Shown piece after piece: positions 36,843-49,695 of a DNA stretch of 53,734 bases. The notes under the pieces are model-generated. The model searched no databases, was not told the DNA's origin, and was given only the letters and a program-made list of their open reading frames with translations. This DNA is from Balamuthia mandrillaris. Its lineage: Eukaryota. The position numbers and the translations under genes were made by a program. The stretch is from NCBI GenBank assembly GCA_031835245.2, contig JAVKOQ020000012.1, forward strand, positions 372,001 to 425,734, read 5' to 3'. Within the stretch, counting starts at the first letter, position 1. Each line of letters starts with the position of its first letter.

Positions 36843-38735
36843 ATGTTTTCCAAGCTGCGCAGTCCTCAATCCCTTCAGCTCAAGCCGGTTGTTGTCGGGG
36901 CATGCGTGCGTAGTATTTTTGCACTCGTTACACTGGATCAAACACTGACTGACTTTTTGTCAAAAATGCATTGGCCCACTTTGTTTCCCAAACCAAACGA
37001 GCAGTCTCGTCAGCAACGCCTCAACTGGCAAAGGCTGGGACAGGTGGCTTCTTATTCTAGTTCAACGGAGAGCCAACGAAAGGAGAATGTGAAAGAAGCT
37101 CTTGAGTATGCCAAGAAGCAGGGCGCTCAGATGGTTGACTTCAAGGTAAGTGCACTTCTTCTTTCAGTGAGGCAAGAGAAAATGGGGAGAGAAGGGATTC
37201 CAACTGTTGGACCCCCCCCCCAAAAAAAAAAACTCACACTTTGTCTCTTCAAAACCACAATCATCTCAGTTTACAGATTTGTACGGGTCATGGCAACACA
37301 TTCAAGTGCACGCGGCGAACCTGGACGAGGGAGCTTTTCGTAGTGGGTTTGGCTTTGATGGTTCTTCTATTCGTGGCTGGCAACCCATCAATCAGAGCGA
37401 CATGTTGATCCTTCCCGATCCGAAGACCAGAATGATGGATCCATTTGCCAAGCACCCCACCGTCAGCTTTGTCTGTGACGTCGTTGACCCCGTGACCAAG
37501 GAACCTTATCATAAGGATCCGCGTCATGTTGCCAACAAGGTGCGTTCTCCGTTAAAGTGTTCTGATCTCATCATTTTTTGGCTTTTTCTTCGGCTTGGTA
37601 TTATACTCACGCTACATGTTGTTTCCATTTCTTCCGTTTCCTCCCTTTTCCTCCTTCACGTCAGGCCATCCAATACTTGCGCAGCACAGGGGTGGCCCAC
37701 GAATGCGCCGTAGGTCCGGAGGCAGAGTTCTTCGTGTTCGACTCAGTTGCATTCTCCGTCAAGAGCGACGAATCCTTCTACCGTGTGAACTCGGAGGAGG
37801 CTTCATGGACCTCTTCTCAGCCACACAGCGGACACTACAAGATCCGCCCCAAGGAAGGGTACTTCCCGGTAAAGCCCTGGGACAACTTGCAAGATCTCAG
37901 AAGCGAGATGGCTTTAGAAATGGTCAAGCTGGGACTTCATGTGGAAGCCTCTCACCATGAAGTAGCTTCTGCTGGCCAATGCGAAATCGACATTCGGTTT
38001 GGAAGCTTGGTGGAGATGGCTGATGCAATTCAGCTCTACAAATACGTGGTGAAGAATGTGGCCGCCCGAAACAACAAGATTGTGAGCTTTATGCCCAAGC
38101 CTATTGCTGCTGATAACGGCTCCGGAATGCACACTCACGTCTCTCTACACAAGCCCGATGGTACCAATCTCTTCACGGGTGACCAGTATGCTGGCCTCAG
38201 CGACATGGCTTTGTACTTCATCGGTGGATTGATCAAGCATGCCCAAGCCGTGTGTGCCATCACCAACCCCGGCATCAACAGTTACAAGAGGCTGGTTCCT
38301 GGTTTCGAAGCTCCTGTGAATATGGCTTATTCTGGCCGCAACCGTTCTGCCGCCATCCGGATTCCCATCAGTCATCCCAAAGCTCGTCGCTTGGAGTTCC
38401 GTACACCTGATCCCAGCTGCAACCCCTATCTCTCCTTCTCCGCCATCCTTATGGCCGGTCTCGACGGCATTCAGAACAAGTACAGCCCTGGCGCTCCTTT
38501 GGAAAAGGACATCTACTCTCTCTCCGACGAGGAGCTCTCCCAGATTGTCAAGGCTCCCAGGAGTTTGGAAGAAGCTATCAACGCCCTGGAGCAGGATCAC
38601 GAGTTTTTGACCCGTGGTAACGTCTTCAGCAAGGATCTCATCGAAACCTGGGTCTCTCGCAAGAGGCAGTACGAAATTGATCCCTACCGCAAGTTGCCCA
38701 CTCCTTTCGAGTTCCAGATGTACTACGACTGCTGA
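36843..38735 (+). CDS. glnA: Glutamine synthetase type I (bacterial GlnA-like, GSI-beta) with putative mitochondrial presequence; multi-exon
   Basis: VDFK|FTDLYGSWQH, FDGSSIRGWQPINQSDM, GPEAEFFVFD, KEGYFPV, HHEVASAGQCEI, FMPKPIAADNGSGMH, NSYKRLVPGFEAP, NRSAAIRIP, RLEFRTPDPSCNPYL, PTPFEFQMYYDC. Confidence 0.95.
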
Positions 38736-38812
38736 GTGGCCTTCTTGTTCTCTCTAGATTCTTCTCATTCACCTTTTTCCAGTTTTAATTTCTTCATTTC
38801 AACAACCTGTTT

Positions 38813-38850
<38 letters not shown>

Positions 38851-39015
38851 ATTTTAATGAACAGTCACTTTTTGCTTGGTGGCGGCAATCACAACGGGGT
38901 TTCTTTGAACGCATTATTCTGCTTCTTCTCCTCTTCCTTACTCTGAGAACAGATGATTAGAGCTCTCTCTTATTTTGGTACAGTAATTCGAAACAAGCAG
39001 TTTTGTTGTGCCAAG

Positions 39016-41151
39016 CTAAGCTTCACTGCTACGGTGTGCAGCCAAGGGCTTGGCGTCTTTGGTTTGGGCTGTTGTGACAACTGTGGCGGAGCGACCACGC
39101 ACCTCTTCCAGCACACGAATTGTTTCTTCAGCATTAAGGATCGTAACTTTCCTAGTGCTGGTTGTTGGCTCCTCTGTTGGTGGTGCTGTTGGGTTGCTAC
39201 CAGGAAGATCACGAGGGACAAGTTTGGGAACCTGAGTTGAACTTCGTTCCTTGGTAGACTTTTGAGTGGACCGTCCGCGTGGCGAAAGAAGTCGAAGGAG
39301 ATCATCTCCCTGAGGTCCCTTCTTCATCGCGTCTTTATCTCTCTTGCTTGGGGACTTGGGTCTATCAGCCTCTTTGGCGCTTCCGCCTGATTTTTTGGAC
39401 TTTCTGCTGTGCTGTTGTTGTTGGGCCGCCTCAGAGTTCTTTCTGCTACTGCCCTCTCCTCCTTTGCTGCCACTGTCATTGTTTTGATTGGAAGGTTTGA
39501 CAGCTGGTACGAAGGTGTTAATACTTCTCCAGGGACAGTCTGGGTCGCTCAACGGGTTTTTGAACAGTTGCATCTCATATTTCGCACGTATCCATTGCTC
39601 CCGAATGTAGCTTGTCCAAGAGATAAGAAACGAGGTTACCACGATGTTCACACTTTAAAACCGTGGGATAGATGCAAACTTACGGTGGATCATCTGGGCC
39701 AATTGGTTTGGCTCCAGGAGGCACATTGAACAGAAAATATTCGTTGGCCTTTTTGTTACCGAGCTGCTCTATAAACTGACAAATATGAAAACATTAGCAG
39801 AGAGGAACATAATCGTTGCGTTAAAGACAAAAAATTATACTCACATCCAATGTTTCTTTTTCCAGTTTATCCATAGTGATGGAGCGAACTTGAGAAATAT
39901 GAACGCCAAGCTTCCGATGAACTCCACTGCAAGCAATGCATATAAAGATTCCAAGATTTATAGACACCCAGATGGGATCTGTCATAACATATACTATGTA
40001 AGAATGATATTACAAGGTTACTTCAGCAAAAGAACAAACTTACCATTTGCTCCACAGTCCGCGCAGAGCGAGTTTCCTGGGAGCTGTAGCATTGCTCCAA
40101 GCCGTTTTTTGCTTTCTTCAAGTTGATTATCTTCAGATCCACCAATCACATCGCCTGCACCGATATTGCTCTCCCCCTTTCCTTCAGATGTGCCTCTTGG
40201 ATCATCGCTCAGAGAATATTGCAAGTGCGCTCCCATTAACTTGATCTGCACTTCCTGAATAACAGTAACCCATGAGAGCATCTCAGCAGGAGATTCAGTG
40301 GCCACCGAGTATGTTTTTCGAGCTGTAACCAGTTCGAAGCTGTATTTTTTCTTACTTTTTGTAACTCTAGCATTGCAAAACAAGACATCTATTGTTTCTG
40401 ATATGCTAGATCCCCTTTTTTCCCCCTGTTGCCATGTGGCAGAAAAGATCCTGTTAAAAGGAGAAAGTGTGGCGAGTGAATTCCTGTGGTGTGGAGATGA
40501 TTTTACCTTATCGTCTTTGAAGAAATCAATCTTTCCTTGCTGTAATACCATCCACACGTGTTTCCATCCTCGAAGCCCTCCTTTTTGAACGCTTACCCAA
40601 CCTTCCTTCTCCGGTCGCTTAAAGAATGAATGTCTGTCTGTAGGTGATCCAACAATGACATTAGTTTGCAGCTTATCTCTCTCATGAAACTTATCAATGT
40701 TACGATGCCGAATCTCAGAAGAAAGTCGAGCATCGCCAAGGGAAGCCCTTCTTAATGCTGGAGGCTCCACTGGCGTGAACCCTACTGAAAGGGGACTCGT
40801 TGTTTCCTCGACTGTTTCTTCTTGTTCCTCCTCTATTCCTTCCTCTTCCTCTTCTTCTGTCTCTTCCTCTTCCTCCTCCGCTTCTACCACTTCTATTACT
40901 GTTGCTTCTCCTCTACTTACTCTTGGTTCTAGTGTAACTCGGTCTTTCATTTTTTCTTCTGCGTTCTGTTCTTGTTTTTCTTCATCGCCTGGTTCTTTTT
41001 GTTCTTTGGTCTCCAGTTGTTGACGTGACGGTGATAGGAGAGGGATGAAGTAGGCAATCTGTTTCGCTACGGTGGTAGCACTTTCCACGGGTCCATCAGC
41101 TACCACTACAGACGCTTGAGCGTGCAGTGGATTGGTTTCCGCCTTATCTAG

Positions 41152-41198
<47 letters not shown>

Positions 41199-42255
41199 GC
41201 AACATCATGTGTAACGATCCATCCTTGTGAGATCTTCCGTGTTCACTACCATCCGCCTCCTTGAACGTGACTGCAGCAAGAGCACTGGTTGCCTTCTTCA
41301 GGCGTCGCTCACGATGCACCGCCCTTTTGCTGCTTTTCTTTGGGCGGGCTACAGATTCGCGCCCTTCTGGAGTTGCCTGCGCTCGTGCTTCATCCCTTTG
41401 TTGGTGCGCTGTTCTCTGTTGTGAAGACAAGAATTAGGTTCCAGTATGGTTGTTGGGTGGGGTACAAGCAGGTCAACATACAGTGCGAATGAGAGCAAAG
41501 GCTCCGCGCAGCGCCACTATCCAGAGAAAGTACTCAAATTCTTCTTCAGCCCGAAGCATCACCGTGCAGTTGTCCTTCTCCAACCCGAAGCTGTGGGGTT
41601 TGTCAGAAACCACGCCTTCTTTCAGATGATAGTCTGGCAACGAGTATTCCTCCGCCATTGCTTTGCACTGTACAGAATAACACAATAAGCATAGTGGTGA
41701 AGGAGACAGAGAGAGAAGAGGAGGGAAGCAAGTAACCTTGTGATCGACAAAAGCAGCCAGCTTTCCATCATTCAACACAAACCAGAAGGGCTCCCAGCGG
41801 TTATGTTTGTTCAGTTTACAAAGTTGACCTTTTTTTTGGGGCGCCTCAAACCGGGCCGCCACTGTTGTTGCGCAACGAACCTCCAACAATAAGAAGGAGA
41901 ACAAACAAGACGATATTTTTCAATCTACGGTACCTTTCACCACTGGGTTTAACGGTCTGGACGTTTCTCGTGTCGGAGAACAGCTGTCTTCTTCTAGTTT
42001 ATCGGTTGTTTGTGTCTCTGCATCTTTTGTCCGCACAAGGGAAAAAGCACCTGTGCTTCTAGTGCCAACCTTGTCACGTTGAGGAGAAGCATTTTCGGGA
42101 GGTAATTTAGCTTTAAAGTTGTCACAACAAGATGAGAAGTTACTCATGTTCAATGAGCGCTTTTGTGTTGATAAACGCGTTGTTGCGTGGGAAAGTTTGT
42201 TAAGTCTGGGCGGTCTGATTCCTTTTTCAGGAACGCAATGAGTAAAAAATGACAT
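39016..42255 (-). CDS. ArfGAP with two PH domains; multi-exon, 5' end uncertain
   Basis: PH1 ([21 protein letters not shown]...FLWIVALR), PH2 ([23 protein letters not shown]...MLSWVTVIQ), ArfGAP zinc finger [49 protein letters not shown]. Confidence 0.88.
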
Positions 42256-43122
42256 GTTTTTGTCCACAGAGTTTGTACAGGGACGAAACTGAGCTTTTCT
42301 TTCCTTCGAAGCGTTAAATTATACTCTTGTGGGTTATATAACACACGAGGGTAAGCTTATGGCCATGTGCGCCCTGACACCAACTTCTCCATTTTTTTCT
42401 ACCATGGAGGTATTTCGTTCCTTATATTGAGTAACGTGACTCAACCTCTTTTCGGAGTTTCTTTCTCCTCTCACTTTTTTTTATTTGTACCTCGTTTTTA
42501 TTTGTACTTGGACATTGTACACACATACACTTTACAGCAACAGGCTTCGCAGAATGAATGGAATAACTTTGCCACTGTTGGGCCTCTTCTTGGCTTACCT
42601 TTTCTCTCCTTCTCTTGGCACCGTCTTTTGTTCTGTTCAGTTCAGTTTTTTTGTTTGTTTTTTAAAAATGGAAACTCTAACAGGTTGTGCTTGTACTGTG
42701 TCCACAATCTCTTTTGATCCAGCTGCAGATGGATGTGATAATCCAACGATTTGTGGTTAGGGTTCTATGCGCGTTTTTGGGCTTATACTTAAGTTTTACA
42801 AAAAAATATTAGTATCTTCTTAAAGAGCAACTCAAGGGCTACAAGAAGATATATTATATGTTTGCTTTTAACAAAATGTAACAGAGTTAGAATATTATTG
42901 ATTAAATAAAGTAATAAAACCATTTTGTGCACAAATTTTGCACAAATACTACTCAATTTCGTGAAATACAAAAAGAAAGAAGAAAGAACAACACGTCAGA
43001 GAGCTTTTTAATCTTGTGGTGCTGATTTTGAGCTTGGACATCCATCTTTTTTCAAACGGTTTGTTGCTACAGTGTTGTTCTTATCATTATTGTTATTTCT
43101 TACTAATATACAACACCTAGGC

Positions 43123-45099
43123 ATGCAACAACCAAAAAACAGTATTATCTCATCTTCTTCTTTTTCATCATCATCATCATCTTCTTCTTCTTCTTCATCA
43201 CTTCGAGAAGCTTTGTTAGCAGAACAAACTGCTGCAATTAGTGCTTCTTATCCAGCTTGTTATTCAAACTATGAGTTATTACGACAACTACTGATTGTTG
43301 AACAGAAAACAAAGAGAGGACATCGCAAACATTTTTATGGCATTAATTGGAAGCAACTGAAAAAACGAATACCAGAAATACGACAATTGATAAAAGAAGA
43401 GAAAGACAAGAAAAGAAGATGACAAGATGCTTCACAATTGGACATCACAACAAAGGAAAAAAATCAGGCCCAGCAAAGTATCGCAACAAAAAGCATTATT
43501 CAAACAGCAAAAGACTTACATTCTACTCTAGGCATCTTTTTTCGATTTGTGGAATTGTGTGAGAGCAAACTTAAGGAAGAAAAAAAGGAAAGAAAAAAGA
43601 AGAAAATGGAAGAAGAGGAAGAGGAGAAAGAGGAGAAAGAGGAAGAAGAGAAAAAGAAGAAACAAGATAAAAAAGATGAAAAGACAGTTGAGCCATTTGA
43701 GCTCTCAGTAATGATGTTATTTGATCAAACACGTCTTCGAGCATTTCATCACTTCTGTCAACTACAGTACAGCAGTCCTAGTACAGTTCGCAATCGTCTA
43801 CTTCATCTATCAAAGACATTACGTTGGTTGTTGACTTTTGACACCATGGCAAAGCATCTTCTTCCTATCAATACAGCTCAAAGATTCTTGCATGAGTCTG
43901 CTCAAGATGCAAAGATGCAACTAAGAACACATACTTCCATGATATACAACGAAAGTGAAATGACATCTTCTGGCCAATTCGTACCACAGGAACGTCTTGC
44001 TTTTGGTGAATGGAATTTGCAAAGATGGAACAAGATCGTGCAAACATATTTTGGTTCTATCAAAGACCAGACCAAAGAAAAGGATAAAAAAGAAGAAAGA
44101 GAAAAAGAAGAAGAAGAAAATGATGATGGAAGCAAGACCACAAACTTCTATGCATCAGTAGGCAAGGAAAAGAGGATGAGAAAAACAGACCAAGTACCTC
44201 TTCCTACTGAACTGCACTCCTTCTTTCAATTTTTCATCCTCAAAATTCGACCTTGGCTCTTGGTACCTTCTACTCAAAATCCACAAGTCAACTTTGATCC
44301 ATTGTGCATCTGGGTTGGAGATAACGGCAATGCTATGGAACTGAACTACTTTGCTAAAGAGGTTTATCATCAAGTAAAGACCTTCAACTCCTTTTTACAT
44401 ATTACACCCATTCAATTTTGACGAACAACTGTAACACGCATCAACAATGAAGAGCATCCTTTGGATTTGTGTGGACAGTCAAAAGAGGACTTTGAAGATG
44501 GAGTGAGCACCTATTTAAATGTCACAAAATCTGTCATGCAAAATCACTACAACAGACACTCAACATTCAAGCGCTCACAAGAAGTGCTTAAGATCTTAGG
44601 AGCACCAGAGATGGAGCACTTGACTTCACATCTTCAACAAGCAAGTCAAACTCATGCTCAATTATTACTGCAACCTCATCAACATAACCATAACAGTCCT
44701 TTTGCCTCAAGACAAATGGAACTCACTCGACCTATACGAACTTCAACAAGTGATAAAGAATGGATGAAACAAAGAAACAAAACAGAAAGTAAAGTACAAC
44801 TGTACAAACAACAGAAAAAAAATAACAAAAGAAAAAAAGATGATAAGGAAGAAAAAGAAGAAACAACAACATTTGATAAAGAATATGCAGAAAAAGAAGA
44901 AGAAAAAGAAGAAGAAAAAGAAAAAGAAGAAGAAGAAGAAACTGAATATGAAATAGAGGCCATTTGTGGAAAACGAAAAAGAAATGGACATTTACAATAT
45001 CAAGTCAAATGGCAAGGCTATGAAAAGACTACTTGAGAGCCTTATAGTAATCTATGGCAATGTTGGCAAGTTATAGAGAAGTATGAGATAAGTTTGTAA
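43123..45099 (+). pseudogene. YR1: tyrosine-recombinase-like gene fused to a C-terminal chromodomain; three in-frame TGA stops
   Basis: ORFs 43072-43422, 43438-44421 and 44461-45036 share one frame; stops at 43420, 44419 and 45034. Core-binding-like helices (YSSPSTVRNRLLHLSKTLRWL), KEKRMRKTDQVPLP...IRPWL, TPIQF*R, YLNVTKSVMQNHYNR, then chromodomain EYEIEAICGKRKRNGHLQYQVKWQGYEKTT*EPYSNL. Confidence 0.75.
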
Positions 45100-45242
45100 T
45101 TGTATTATTAGTTTTTATGTTTTTGTTCCTTGTAATTGTTTATAGTTTTTATCCTGGGAAGGTTTTTCACTATAAACTGTTTTTTTTTAAAAATGTTGAT
45201 TTTTATTTGTTATAAACATGATGGTTCTATTAATTTCTTAGG

Positions 45243-45660
45243 GGGTGGCCGAAGGCCACCTGCCGAAGGCGGCGAAGCCACCTGAGGCAGAGAACCCGAG
45301 GAAGCGGCCGAAGGCCGCAAAAGTGCAATTTCCGGTGGAATCGTGAGACAAATGTTGCTTTTGCACTTTTTCTGTTGAAAATGTGGGTCTACCAGGCTTC
45401 TGGAGGGTGGCCAAAGGCTACCTGCTGAAGGCGGCGAAGCCCCCTGAGGCAGAGAACACGAACAAGCGGCCGAAGGCTGCAAAAGTGCAATTTCTGGTGG
45501 AATCACGAGACAAATGTTGCTTTCCCGCTTTTTCTGTTGAAAATGTGGGTCTTCCAGGCTTCTAGAGGGTGGCTGAAGGCCACCTGCTGAAGGCAGCGAA
45601 GCCCCCTGAGGCAGAGAACCCGAGGAAGCGGCAGAAGGCTGAGAAAGTGTGATTTACGGT
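45243..45660. repeat. ~2.5 tandem copies of a 162-bp GC-rich unit containing GAA-triloop hairpins
   Basis: Units begin GGGTGGC at 45243, 45405 and 45567. Confidence 0.9.
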
Positions 45661-45905
45661 AAAATAGATTTATTTGCTTTTCTGGCATTGCAAAAGAGGC
45701 CCAAGTATACCTGGTGAAAGGCAGCAAAGCCACTGCAGCCAGTAACATCTGGAAGTTGACAAAAACAGACCAAGTCTAAATGCAGCAACAGCAGCAGCAG
45801 TAGCACAATTGGTGAGATAGTTGACAAATTATGCAAAATGTAGCATTTTGAATAAAACACAACCAAGTGGACCTTTAATACTTCACAACAGTTGGTGTAG
45901 TTCTC

Positions 45906-45967
45906 AACCAACCAACCAACCAACCAACCAACCAACCAACCAACCAACCAACCAACCAACCAACCAA
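45906..45967. repeat. (CCAA)n microsatellite
   Basis: Visible directly. Confidence 0.95.
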
Positions 45968-46318
45968 TGGACCTACAGAAAGGTAAGCATCGGTGAGAGC
46001 TCAACCCACAGGAAAAAGAGAGAGAAAGGACGAGATGAAATGTTCATGTGACTTTCATGACGACATGAGAGCCATAACGACCTCACGGGAGAAACACACA
46101 AGCGGGCTCGGAACCTGCTTACTTCTCACCTCATTCTCTTGTTTCTTTTTTTTGGATCACCAACTAACTAACCAACCAACCAACCAGCTTATGCACTCTC
46201 AGAACTATCACTCTTGCTTCAGCTCTTTTGTTTGCCAATCATCGTGCACCAGAGGTGATGCAACAGCATCAAGCCTCTGCGCAAGCAGGCTCAAAGGAAT
46301 GTTGTCCTTCATCCCAGC

Positions 46319-47268
46319 CAGACCTACTCCCTGGGTTTCATCTCTTTGCTGAAGCATCAGCAGCGAGCTTTTCTGCCCAAGGAAGCAAGTTCGCACAGCT
46401 GTTGCATCATGCACGCAGACCTACTCCCTGGGTTTCATCTCTTTGCTGAAGCGTCAGCAGCGAGCTTTTCCATCCAAGGAAGCAAGTCCACACAGCTGTT
46501 GCATCACGCACGAGACCTACTCCCTTTGGTTTCATCTCTTTGCTGAAGTGTCAGCATTGAGCTTTTCTGCCCAAGGAAGCAAGTCCGCACAGCTGTTGCA
46601 TTACACACGCAGACCTACTCCCTTGGGTTTCATCTCTTTGCTGAAGCATCAGCAGTGAGCTTTTCTGCCCAAGGAAGCAAGTCCGCACAGCTGTTGTGTC
46701 ACGCACGCAGACCTACTCCTCATGTTTCATCTCTTTGCCGAAGCATCGCATCGAGCTTTTCTGCCCAAGGAAGCAAGTCCGCACAGCTGCTTTGGCATCA
46801 TGCACGCAGACCTACTCCCTAGCTTCTGTCTCCTCGTCTGGATCATCAGCAGCAGCTTCTTCTGCATAAGGAAGCAAGTCCGCACAGTCAGCAGATCATA
46901 CACGCAGACCTACTCCTTGGGTTTCATCTTGTCAAAGCACGTGAGTGAGTTTGCCCAAGGAAGCAAGTCCGCACAGCTGTTGTGTCACGCATGCAGACCT
47001 ACTCCCTGGGTTTCATCTCTTTGCTGAAGCGTCAGCATCGAGCTTTTCTGCCCAAGGAAGCAAGTCCGCACAGCTGTTGCGTCATGCACGCAGACCTCTC
47101 CCTTTGGTTTCATCTCTTTGCTGAAGCGTCAGCAGCGAGCTTTTCTACCCAAGGAAGCAAGTCCACACAGCTGTTGTGTCACGCATGTAGACCTACTCCC
47201 TTGGGTTTCATCTCTTTGCTGAAGCATCAGCAGCGAGCTTTTCTGCCCAAGGAAGCAAGTCTGCATAG
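46319..47268. repeat. Tandem array of 10 x ~97-bp units
   Basis: The GACCT(AC)TCC anchor recurs at 46321, 46418, 46514, 46612, 46710, 46809, 46907, 46996, 47093 and 47190. Consensus-like unit: CAGACCTACTCCCTGGGTTTCATCTCTTTGCTGAAGCGTCAGCAGCGAGCTTTTCTGCCCAAGGAAGCAAGTCCGCACAGCTGTTGCGTCACGCACG. Confidence 0.93.
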
Positions 47269-48016
47269 AGAAGAAAGCAAACTAGTTCGTTCTCACTACT
47301 TTTGTTTGCCTGTGCTGTGCTGTGTCGTTCTCACTACTGCAGCGAACAGCAAAACTAGTTGCTTCTTTCCAGTCCAAAAAAAAAATAAAAAAAAAACCAA
47401 ACGGTAACAAAGACCAAAAAACAACCGCTAGGAAAAAAAGCCATCCAATGAGAGGACAGATTTAATGAAAATAATTAATGAAAAAAAACCGATGAAAGAA
47501 CCAAGAGAAATAGACAGGTAAAAGAGAAGGGTTGATGGCAATGACACAACTGATGACAGAAAAGAAAGAGCTGCTGGATCGATGAAAAGAAAGAAAGCCA
47601 GCAAGCGAGTAAAAAAAGGACAAGTAAAGAAGTGAGCAAAAATGGAAGAAGAAGAAAAACAGCTCTACAGGGATCACAACAACAATGATGGGAAGTGTAG
47701 ATGTGTGAAAGACAAAGAGCAAACAGTTGTTGTTAGTCTTTGTCCTTATCACAACCGACTTCAGAGAAGAAGAGCAAGAAGGCAGTGCCGTAAGCTACGA
47801 AAACGACGACAAACCCAAACAACAGCAACAACAACAACGATGACACGCCCAGCAGTTTGTGATGTGAAAACGGCCTTTGTAAACAACAACCCAAAGGTAA
47901 GAAAAAGAACTTCTTACTGGCCTGCCTTTCCTTTCCTTCCCTTCACTCATTTATTCATCAAAACTACACTCCATCCAAGTGCTTTTATTGTTTATACCTG
48001 ATAACAAACAAACACT

Positions 48017-48198
<182 letters not shown>

Positions 48199-48984
48199 GG
48201 TGCAGCAGCAGCTGTTTCAACCACAACAACAACTACTATCCTTGCACTCACCATCTTCGGAACATCAGTTCCTTGAAGACTTTGACCTTTCATCCTCTTC
48301 AATGCTAACAGCAACTCCCTTGACTACTGCCTTGGGTAGCGAGGATGATACAACAGCAATAATGGAGACCATGGAAGCCTCTGCTGTGCCATCATCCTGC
48401 CTCTTCTCCTCTTCTCCCTCCTCCTCTTTCTTCTTCTCAATAAACAATGATACGGACATTCTCAAAGATAAGGACGATCTATTCTGGTCGCCGATGTCAC
48501 GGAATGCTTCTTCAGAAAATGAGAATATCGGAAAGAATGCTCGAGCTGCTGTGGACCCCATGTTGAAGTGCTACCGGGAATCGTCGGAAGTAAGAGAACA
48601 AGAAGATGAAGAACAAACAAAAGCAGAAAAAAACAAAGCAACAGAAGAAGCGGAAGAAGCAGAAGAAAAAGCACTAAACAAAGAAGATGTACATGAAGAA
48701 GCAGCAGAAACAGAAGAAGAAGAAGGAAAAGAAGAAGAAGAAGAAGAAGAACAAGAAGAAGAAGAAGAAGAAGAACAAGAAGAAGAAGAAGAAGAACAGG
48801 AAGAAATTCAAGAGGATGACAGTAAAAAACTCTCTACTATCTACAGGGAGGGAAAGAACGAAACACTACTTATGGCTTTGATACAGAAAGGAAAGGACCA
48901 CAACAACCGTTTCTTGGTAAGGCCTGTTTTGTTTTCCATTGTTCACTCGTTTATTACTCTCAGCAGACTGTTGATTAACACCAT

Positions 48985-49024
<40 letters not shown>

Positions 49025-49663
49025 GGTTGTGGTTACAAAGGGACTGAATTTCAATAAAGAAGTGGCTCCATTTGTTCCATATATAGCGCGCTATGTGGAG
49101 CAAGAAGCAACTCTTAAAAAGAACCAAGTGGATACAGAAACACGAAGGATCCTTCAAACACAAAGCCAAGAAAAAAGAAGAAGTGTTGCTTCCGGAAGTT
49201 CGGACCAAACAGCTAGTGATATCAAAAGTGTGTTAGCCCAGTTTTATCGCCTGATTTATGAATGCGAAGTAACTTACAGCAGCAGTTGCAAACAAAGGTA
49301 CCCTAGACGACTAACTTTTGTACCACTTGCATGCATTCATTATCTCACCAATCAACTAACCATACAAACAAAAAATGGAACAGCGACAGCGAGTGGAAAC
49401 CGCATATTAGCATGTTGTATGATTTCGTACGAGTTCGTATCTGGGTTCAGTTCGCAAGTTACTGTTGGCCATGTCCAAAGACGTGGCGAAACAAAGCGGC
49501 TATGTTGGCACGAGTGCTGTGGTGGATGTCATTTCAACCTGAATTCCGTGGTAATGTTCAGCAAATCCTATTTTGTCGTCTCGTAAGTAGTTTTCATTTT
49601 CTATTTCTTTCTAGTGGTTTTTTCCTTATTGTTTGTTTCTTATAGTTGCTTTCTTTCTTGTCG

Positions 49664-49695
<32 letters not shown>

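Noticed and set aside
42789..42792. TTAA as a piggyBac target-site duplication
   Set aside because: No piggyBac-type CCC terminus or TIR follows it, and no DDD transposase is visible in the island.
46319..47268. Possible CRISPR array
   Set aside because: Whole ~97-bp units are repeated with no unique spacers, no cas genes are present, and the context is eukaryotic.
45210..47407. Short ORFs across the two tandem arrays
   Set aside because: They are products of the repeats; the 97-bp period breaks frame and no domain is recognisable.
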